Source: Proteromonas lacertae (Eukaryota). Taken from it: 20,000 nt of DNA. This document shows positions 1 to 8,133 of this stretch, piece by piece (within the stretch, counting starts at the first letter, position 1; each line of letters opens with the position of its first letter). Below the pieces are notes generated by a model, which did no database searches, was not told the DNA's origin, and saw nothing but the letters and a program-made list of their open reading frames with translations. The stretch is taken from positions 244,436 through 264,435 of the forward strand of contig NGBS01001167.1 of the NCBI GenBank assembly GCA_002245135.1. Direction: 5' to 3'. The position numbers and the translations under genes were made by a program.

Positions 1-2
1 CA

Positions 3-494
3 GGTGATAGTAAATCTCATGGTGTAGATGAAGCAATAACAGATATTACAGCAGAAGAGAAAGATGAAAATACTCACAGTATAACGAAACTAACTGGATT
101 TGATATAGTCAATGCTTTTACTACCAATTTATTGAATAAACTAATAACAAAGAATGATACAGAGACGTTTAATCGAAATACTTATATAATGTCATCTAAA
201 GATCCAAATTCAATAATTCATATATTAGAGAATGTAGTAAATAATACTGAAAATTTACATTTTGAAAGTATTAGTAAAGATAGTTATAAATATGAGATAG
301 TAGTGAAAGGAGTAAAACCGATAAATATTCCAGTTCAAATCTATTTAATTAGTAATGAATTATACATGATCGAAATACGTAAAGGTCGAGGAGATATAAT
401 GGAATATTATAAGATATATCAAGTATTGGTTCAAGAATTGCAGAAAGCCTTTCATTCTGATCATATGTTCAGTAGTCAATTATCTCTTATTTAG
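3..494 (+). CDS. C-terminal part of a CIPK/SnRK3-like Ser/Thr kinase (NAF-like motif plus KA1-like C-terminal domain); 5' end outside window
   Basis: Frame is open from 3 to TAG 494: ...TNLTGFDIVNAFTTNLLNKLI...YIMSSKDPNSIIHILE...VQIYLISNELYMIEIRKGRGDIMEYYKIYQ. This resembles the NAF motif and the CIPK C-terminal 'vEfrk..Gd.ley.k.y' segment. The kinase domain itself is not visible. Confidence 0.7.
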   Translation, partial: GDSKSHGVDEAITDITAEEKDENTHSITKLTGFDIVNAFTTNLLNKLITKNDTETFNRNTYIMSSKDPNSIIHILENVVNNTENLHFESISKDSYKYEIVVKGVKPINIPVQIYLISNELYMIEIRKGRGDIMEYYKIYQVLVQELQKAFHSDHMFSSQLSLI

Positions 495-521
495 TTTTAA
501 TATTTCTTTATATTATATTAT

Positions 522-529
522 TGTTTGTT
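522..529 (+). promoter_or_regulatory. TGTTTGTT motif, putative Blastocystis-type 3'-end processing/polyadenylation signal
   Basis: Exact TGTTTGTT 27 nt after the stop of the kinase gene. Variants follow other genes, e.g. TGTTGGTT on the minus strand at 11383-11390 and TGTTTGTC at 19692-19699. Confidence 0.55.
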
Positions 530-660
530 GTAAAATAATATTTAAAGAATAATGAGTAATTTGTATAGTTTATTGAATATTATTAATTATTATAATTCTT
601 CTTTATTAATTAATCCATTCTAAAATATGATATTATGGAAAGTATGTCATTATATTCGTT

Positions 661-834
661 TTTTCTAAGGTTATCGAATTTATATTCGTTTCATTTTGAT
701 GAGGCTATAAATGACTGACATATCTATTTATTTAAAAACAAATAGATTTTTTATTTTAAATCTCTTAAATGAGAGATAGTACTACTAGTTACCATCATTA
801 TCCAAGATGTATTGGACAATATGTCATAATTGCT
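661..834. repeat. Direct repeat copy 1 (~174 bp)
   Basis: TTTTCTAAGGTTATCGAATTTATATTCGTTTCATTTTGATGAGGCTATAAAT...GTTACCATCATTATC aligns with 2456-2629. The first ~100 bp are near-identical and the rest is more diverged. Confidence 0.9.
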
Positions 835-925
835 GTTAATTTAGTATACTTAAAGATTTTATAAAATGTAGATTTGGTGTTTGATATTATTAAGTTATGG
901 AATAATTTTATTCAATAAATCATCA

Positions 926-2308
926 ATGGGTATTTTTATTTTTAAATTGTAAAAGAATAGGTTTTAACTTAATTCCAAAAGCATTAGGAGTATATCCTCT
1001 AATAGGAATGATTTATACACTAATATCAATGCTATTACTTATTTATTATGGAGAATCTTATGCTTCAAAAGCGATATCTTCCAGAAATGCTTGTTGTTCT
1101 ATTTTGCCTCTAATTGTCACATATATTGTAATGATATATGGTAGTACCACATCAACAAAATATCTTACAAATGAGAATATAAATAATACAATGACATTAT
1201 GTTGTGGAAATACTACACATTCTAATAAATGTGATTTTATGGAGAAATATGGATGTGAATCATTATATATAGCAAGCTATCAGTTTTATGGAGTTGTATA
1301 TTATTTTTTTATTATAAATACATTATATTTAGTAATAAGTGGATTTTTAACAGTATATATATATATGTTATTCATATATTGGGTAGGTATTTTATGGTTA
1401 TGTAACTAAAAAATTGTTAAAATATGAAGGTAGAATATCTCAAGAAACAATAGAAAATGAAAAATTAAAAAAACTATACAACAAGATTAACACTAAAGAA
1501 ATTAGATCTGTTAGAGAAGAATTAATGAAAAATCCACATGAGAGGAGTTGTTTCAAAACTATAGATTTATCAATTTATAATAGAAAATTATATTATTGTT
1601 CAGGATTATTGAGTGTATATTTTATATGAATATATTTTAGTTTATATGTGTAATTTTAATTGGATGGAGTTCATATGAATTATATCGAACATTTATAATT
1701 GGTTATAATCTATTATCAAAGAATATTTACATATGCAAATTAATTTTTTCAATTGTTTTATTAATATATTCAATAAATTTCAAAATAATAATGACAAAAT
1801 TGCAAGAAAACAAGAAGAAAGGTTATATTGCATTGAAACATGTGATCATTTTAATTATTATTATATTTGGCATTTACTTTCTATTTAGCGAAAGTAATAT
1901 TTCAAATTTTTCTGAAACATTTGATAGTTGTTGTATAAATCATATTTCATCTAGTAAAGTATAATAAATAATATATGTTAATATATGTTATGAATCTAGT
2001 GTGATTTTTTAGATGAAAATGATTGTAAAAATATTAATGAATATGTAAGAGCTGTTCTTTCTAGAGCTTATATAAATTATAGCATTTATATAGATGTAAT
2101 GATATTCATTGCATATATTATTATACTTGTATAAAAACTATTTATTATTGATTATTAGATGTGTGGATGTTGTTTTAAATTATCCACATTACAAAAAGAA
2201 AGAGAAAAAAGACAAGAATTTGAAAGACTTTTGATAAAACTTGGATATGAAGAATTGGTGAATGAATATCGAAGTCAGAGTTTCTTATTGAATGAAGAAT
2301 ATAATTAA
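926..2308 (+). CDS. Multi-pass membrane protein with two related Cys-rich (tetraspanin-loop-like) modules
   Basis: Spliced model with ATG 926 and introns 930-960, 1353-1386, 1615-1640, 1959-1999 and 2129-2158 gives one open frame to TAA 2308. It has several hydrophobic segments and two homologous motifs: LCCGNTTHSNKCDFMEKYGC and SCCINHISSSKCDFLDENDC. It could alternatively be two genes, the second starting at ATG 1791. Confidence 0.65.
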
Positions 2309-2455
2309 TTAACAATAGTTATAATGAATATAACATAAATATGATATAAATGTATTATGTGTTGTTATTTACAAGATTATATGATTATCTATACTTATTA
2401 TTGTTACGTTATGTAGAATATTATGTATATATGTTATTATAATAATCTAATTCTC

Positions 2456-2629
2456 TTTTCTAAGATTATCGAATTTATATTCGTTTCATTTTGATGAGGC
2501 TATAAATAACTGATATATCTATTTATTTAAAAACAAATAGATTTTTTATTTAAAAACATTTAATTGAGTGAGAGCACTATCAGTTACCATCATTATCAAA
2601 AATGCATCGAAATATAGATAATTATTGCT
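2456..2629. repeat. Direct repeat copy 2 (~174 bp)
   Basis: TTTTCTAAGATTATCGAATTTATATTCGTTTCATTTTGATGAGGCTATAAAT...GTTACCATCATTATC matches 661-834. Confidence 0.9.
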
Positions 2630-2711
2630 ATTTATATTGTAGTTAGTTTTATTAATTACACTTCTTTATAATTCAAAAAACGTTACATCCATGTCCACCT
2701 GTAATATGTGT

Positions 2712-5013
2712 TTATTCTACATTTAAGAATTCTTTGGATAATTTTTTCTTCATTTCTTCTGATATTCCATCTAATTTAATCATCCTAATTGAAGATAATG
2801 TCTCTAAAAATGATTTTAATTCTGATTGATCTATATTCTCTTTCACTGTTATTGATAATTCATCCAAAATCTCCAAAAAATCTCTGTTTAGTGTCATCAT
2901 TCTCAATTCTCTTTCATCTAATTCATTTCCTTTTAAATTTAGGTTATTTAGTGGTACATAGTCTCTCAATCTTTCTATTATCATTTCTAATCCTTTCTCG
3001 CTCATTCCAATATCTATTTATATTAAAAAAATGAATTACATTCATAGAATACTTGATAGGTTTAATGAAAAATTCGTAACTCTTTCAACAAATATATCCA
3101 AATATTTACATATTATCTCCATTCCATCATCTCCAATTGGATTATTGTATATTGAAATATATAAATTAGAATAATTTGGAAAAGACTCTGCTAATCCTTT
3201 TAATCCTTTATAACTGATATTATTATTGGATAAATCCAGTGTTGCATAATGAATCTTTTTAATAATAGAAATGTGAGAATCATTTATATTCATATCTATT
3301 TAATAAATATTGATTATATACTTGAAAAATTAAAATCTCCTCTATTCTTCTTACGACAATAATTCAAATAATATTTCAATTCTTTATTATTCCATGATAA
3401 ACATTTAATTTGAATAAATGGATAATCCATATTCTCTAATGATTTAGAACATATTGCTTTTAACCCATTCATTCTAATATTATTACCGTTTAGATATATT
3501 GCATTACATACTGGTATTGAATCTAATATGCTTGTCAATAATATAGCACTTTCATCATCAATTGAAATGTTATTAAAAAACATTACACCAAAGAATTTGT
3601 GAAGTAATTCATCCTTTAAATTGTTTAGCAAAAGTTTAAATCCTGTATTACCAATTGGATTATCTATTATATATATATATATGAATAAATACTATGAATA
3701 TATAAAATCTCAATATTATCATTCTCTTTCATATAATCTATCAAATATTCTATTGCTTTTGAATCAATATTATTATTACTGATATCAAGATTGATTTTTG
3801 TATAAATCTTCTTTAAACCATCAATTAAATATTTCAATCCAACTGAAGATAATCCCATTTCTATTACATAATAAATATTAATTATTATACTTCTAAAATT
3901 ACCATGTAATAACCGTAAATGTGGAGATAATATTTTCATACCATCATCTCCTACTTCATTTCCATATAATTGAAGATGTTTAAGGTTTGAAAATGAAGAT
4001 AAATTGTTAATCAGTAATTTGATACTATTATAAGTTAGTTTATTATCTAATAAATAGAAAAATATCATATTATACCACTCAAATATAATATTTCTATTTC
4101 TTTTAATTCATTTGATCTTAATGAAATAAATGATTTGAAAAAAATATCATCAATACCTGAATCACTCAGATTAAGAAACTGGACATATTTTATTAATTCT
4201 GGAATGTCTTTATCTATCAATAATTCTTTACTTCTATTAAAATCAAATTCTATTTTTGATATAGGAAATTTGGAGAATAAGGCTTTTAATCCTCTTGAAT
4301 GAATATAATAGTTTTCTGAAATATCTATTTTCTTAAGATTTGGATAGTTATATAATTCTTCTGATAATAATATCATTGATTCATCATCTAAATTCATTTC
4401 TTTTAAATTCAATTCATTCTTTCTGTTAATCAATACATGCAAATATGGAAGTAATAATTTGAAGCCTTTTGGACCAATTGGATTTGCTATTTCAAGATAA
4501 TATAACTAATTAGTATATACATGAAAGATTAACATATTCTAATTTCATAAATGGAATTGATGTAACAAATCCTTCTACGAAATAATGAGTAAAAATGCAA
4601 TCCGACACATCCAATTCTTGAAGATTACGCAAATAATAAAAATAAGATCCAAAAAATAATTGATCTTCGATTGAAATTTGCATTATATCTAAATAAATAA
4701 ATTCTATTAATATTATACCAAATTTAATTACAGTTGGATTGACTAGTTTCATTATGTTGAAGAAAAAGTTCATTCCTACTAAATCAATACATAAACAATC
4801 AGATCCAATTACAATTATTTCTTTATAATCAACATAAACACTCTTTATATTTAATATCATTCTATCTAAATAATAACTTATACTTTTTCTCCATTTGTGT
4901 TTTATTTGGTATTTCAATCGGCTTTGTATAAAATATTCATTAGCGTATAATTTCATCATCAATAATAGTAGTTTCAAAAATATCGTTCGATTTGGCTCGA
5001 ACGTTCGATTCAT
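2712..5013 (-). CDS. Leucine-rich repeat region (RI/NLRC3-like, ~28-aa repeats); C-terminal part of the transposon-split pseudokinase-LRR gene
   Basis: Repeats such as LQLYGNEVGDDGMKIL, LDISNNNIDSKAIEYL, LDLSNNNISYKGLKGL and NPIGDDGMEII. Track ORFs join in frame via introns 4689-4718, 4487-4520, 4047-4075, 3861-3890, 3664-3692, 3296-3321 and 3014-3052. The first ~16 codons from ATG 5013 come from the transposon end. The exact 3' end is uncertain. Confidence 0.85.
4961..4981 (+). repeat. Left terminal inverted repeat (includes TA target and flank symmetry)
   Basis: AATAATAGTAGTTTCAAAAAT, inverted partner of 6926-6946. Confidence 0.8.
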
Positions 5014-6942
5014 TTTTTTTTAACTTTCTTTTGTTTTTTATTTGATTTTCTAATATATCATAAATAAATACATCATAATATATATTTTTGAAAATATAAA
5101 ATTCCATATCTCTTTCTATTTAACAAAATAAATTAAGTCAAGCTCGAGCCTAAATTCCAAATCGTTCGAAGTATTTTAAACGCTAACTAGTTGAAATACT
5201 TTTGAGTTAATATTTTAAATGGCTACTATATTATATGTATTAATTTTGGCCAACATAAAATCAAATGAAAAACCCCTACAAAATATTTTTTTAATTCGGA
5301 CAATTGTATAAAATTGTATAAAACCTTCTTTTAGGCTAATTACTCTTCTGGGATGTTTGTTATCTTTCTAATTCGTTTAATGTCATTGTCTAGAACGAAG
5401 TCACCCTGTTTGTAAAGACATGCCATACATGCTTCACGATATCTAAAAGCATATTTATGTCTGGTGGCTTGGCTTGACATTATTTCATTCCAAATTCTTT
5501 TTGCAGCTTCTTCTAGGCTATCTAAGTCTTTGAAATTGTTTTCATCTTCACTAATCTTGTGTTTTAGAGTCGCCCAGACCTTTTCAATAGGATTTAAGTC
5601 TGGAGAAAACGGTGGATGTCTGATAGGTTTCCAACCGTTCCTTTGAAGATATTCTGTGGTATACCTACTTTTATGTATGCTGGCATTGTCTTGTAAGAAA
5701 TAACATTGTCTCTGATGGTTTACCAATGGATGCTGTTGAATTAGAGGCGGTAAAGTTTTCTTTAAAAATCGACAATATCTAACTGAATTTATTCCCTTAC
5801 TTACACCATCTTTGGGTTCAAATGACTTCTGCATAACCATCAGATCAGTGAATCCATACTCTGAAAAGGCACCCCAGACCATAACGCCTGCGTTTCCTTT
5901 GATCCTTTGCTTCCTAATAATAGGTTTTCCAGAGATACTCCATCCAACACTTTTAACATTTCTAAGTCTAATCATCGACTCATCTGAGAACATAATCGTC
6001 TTATAATCCAAGAATATGTTTTGAGATACTGTCATTAATCTTTCTTCAACGTTCTTTTGGGTCAAGCCTGGACAAACTCCACTATTTCCAAAAAAGATCT
6101 TCCATGATTTACAATAACGACGAATTGTACTTAATGATACTGTTGAGGGGATTAAGCTGTTCTTCACCAACACATTTCTGAGTGTTTTGGCAGATTGAAT
6201 TGTAATGCCATTAACTTGACTTCTCAAGATATAATCTCTAACAGCTTGCCCACTAATGATAGAGTTCAAAATAATTGGCTTTCTCCCTCTTCTAACCTTA
6301 GGTGGTGAAATACTTGATTTGGCTTTGGACGTCTTCAACCCCATAATTTGTAAGTACTTCCAAATAGTACTCTTGGTTCTTGCCATTTTTAAGGCAATTT
6401 CTCCAATACTACAAGATTGATTTACCAGAGCTCTAATTTTCTCTTTTTCAGACTCTGTAACAGGAGTTTTTTTGACAGTGACTTTACATGGTTGTTTTGG
6501 GGATCTCATTTGCTCTAATTAGCGAGAAAGATCTAAATAAAGGGAATGAAAATTCAGACAAAACGACTATTTTTATTGAAATCGTTCGATTTTTGTTTTT
6601 TCGATTTTTAATTATAAAAAAGTTATTTGATCAGTCTAAAATTCAAATTTTGTTAATTACCTATAAGGTAGCAATAGATTTATGATATAAAAATCAATAG
6701 ATAAAGAGACATTTCAAAAAGTGAGAAATAAAAATTAAAAAAAATACAACAGCTAGTTTAGTTTTTTTTATTATTTTTGGTTATATTTTTTTTTTGGCTG
6801 AATTATTGATAGTTTTCTTTTATTTTATAAAAACTCTATCAAGTCAAGCTTGTAAATAGTACAAAAAAATAAAGACAATACATATGTATAGTATAAAAAG
6901 AGAATGGGATGGCCAAGCCAAACCCATTTTTGATTCTACTAT
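4965..6942 (-). mobile_element. Tc1/IS630 (ITm superfamily, DD34E) DNA transposon, apparently complete
   Basis: Inverted repeat 4961-4981 AATAATAGTAGTTTCAAAAAT versus reverse complement of 6926-6946 AATAATAGTAGAATCAAAAAT (19/21). TA flanks at 4963-4964 and 6943-6944, or alternatively 4966-4967 and 6940-6941. It encloses an intact transposase, and removal restores the host frame. Confidence 0.85.
5340..6509 (-). CDS. Tc1/IS630-family DDE transposase (DD34E), intronless, 389 aa
   Basis: N-terminal HTHs (SIGEIALKMARTKSTIWKYL; VSLSTIRRY) and RRGRKP linker. Catalytic motifs IMFSDES, VMVWGAFS, FLQDNASIH and SPDLNPIEKVW, with 34 residues between the second D and the E. Confidence 0.95.
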   Translation of the reverse strand: MRSPKQPCKVTVKKTPVTESEKEKIRALVNQSCSIGEIALKMARTKSTIWKYLQIMGLKTSKAKSSISPPKVRRGRKPIILNSIISGQAVRDYILRSQVNGITIQSAKTLRNVLVKNSLIPSTVSLSTIRRYCKSWKIFFGNSGVCPGLTQKNVEERLMTVSQNIFLDYKTIMFSDESMIRLRNVKSVGWSISGKPIIRKQRIKGNAGVMVWGAFSEYGFTDLMVMQKSFEPKDGVSKGINSVRYCRFLKKTLPPLIQQHPLVNHQRQCYFLQDNASIHKSRYTTEYLQRNGWKPIRHPPFSPDLNPIEKVWATLKHKISEDENNFKDLDSLEEAAKRIWNEIMSSQATRHKYAFRYREACMACLYKQGDFVLDNDIKRIRKITNIPEE

Positions 6943-7992
6943 TATTAATGACAATATTCTCTCATTTGCTATATGGTTATAAGATTCTAATAATCTATAT
7001 CTAATCTCTGTCCATTTATTATATTTAAAACAATAATGTCTTTCAATGCTGAATGGTAATATTTCTGTTGAATAATCGTTATAAAAGATAGTTTCTTCTC
7101 TTTCATAACACATCATTAAATTATTGCCATCATCTTTCAATACTTCACTCACTTTTATCATTTCTTTCTCAACTCATTGTAACTCAATCGATTTTCACAC
7201 TTTATATTTAACATTTTGCAAAACTCTTCTTTCATTTTACGACCCATTTTTATATTAATATTATATACACCTTTCAAGATATTATTCATTGTTTTAATCA
7301 TATTATTATCTTCATTAAATGGCAATTTCTTACAAATCATTTCATATAAAATACATCCAATTGACCAAATCACACTTCTCTCATTACACTCATATCCACT
7401 TAATTCTTCAGGGCTTTTGAAACATACATCATATATTCTCATATCTTCATCTTTTCTTAACTCATTCAAGAATAAATCACACAATTTTATTTCACCATTC
7501 TCTTCAATTATTATATTTGAACTCTTTAAATTACCAACCACTAAGCCATATTCACTCAATATTATCAAAATATCACATAAGTAACTTATTATAATCTCAA
7601 TAAGACTTTCTAATATAATATTTCTTTGTATTACCTTTTCTAAGTCCTTTGGGTAATATTCTCTTGATATTATCATATATTTACTGTCATTATCAATATG
7701 AAACGTTACAAAAGGATAGACATAAGTGGAACAACAATCTGAGAATAATGAGTTATTCTCTATGAATTTTAATATTATTTTTTCTTTTATTTCACTAACA
7801 TTCAAGATTTTTAATATATTAATATCGTTTTTATGTTGTATTACTAAATCTACTTCACTATTACTCTTTTCTACTCTTTTTTTTACCTATATAACATAAA
7901 TGTATTAAATATACTTTTGTATCAAAGGGTAATATTGTGGATATTACTTCATCTACAAAACTTACGCAATTTGAATAGTTAGAAATATTCAT
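6844..7992 (-). CDS. Protein kinase-like (probable pseudokinase) N-terminal part of the transposon-split kinase-LRR gene
   Basis: ATG 7992 and intron 7887-7914 join ORF 7158-7805. Degenerate kinase motifs: VVGNLKSSNII (for HRDLKxxN), KLCDLF (for DFG), FKSPEE and IWSIGCILYEM. A one-base frameshift near 7160 leads into ORF 6844-7161, whose last ~32 codons read into the transposon. Confidence 0.8.
6926..6946 (-). repeat. Right terminal inverted repeat (includes TA target and flank symmetry)
   Basis: ATTTTTGATTCTACTATTATT, inverted partner of 4961-4981. Confidence 0.8.
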
Positions 7993-8133
7993 TCACAAAT
8001 ACAAGCAACAATACCAGTAGTAAATTGTTTAAGATATTTCCAATCAAGAATAATAGATATACAAGGAAATAGAGAGATATTAAAAGCAAAAAAAGTTTGG
8101 CTTGATTATTTTTTATAACGAAAAATTGAAAAT

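Noticed and set aside
697..718. C/D box snoRNA (TGATGA...CTGA) within the direct repeat
   Set aside because: The boxes are only ~12 nt apart and there is no terminal stem or recognisable guide.
5014..6843. Fanzor/TnpB or other cargo gene in the element
   Set aside because: Only the transposase ORF fits; no RuvC or zinc-finger ORF is present in the arms.
5135..6850. AAGTCAAGCT 10-bp direct repeat as target-site duplication of the transposon
   Set aside because: No inverted termini lie inside it, Tc1 elements duplicate TA, and a better TIR/TA pair further out restores the host frame.
4968..6939. Transposon spliced out as an intron (it begins GTAG on the host strand under the alternative boundary)
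   Set aside because: The far end is ...CTAC, not AG, and host introns here are tiny. There is no support without RNA data.
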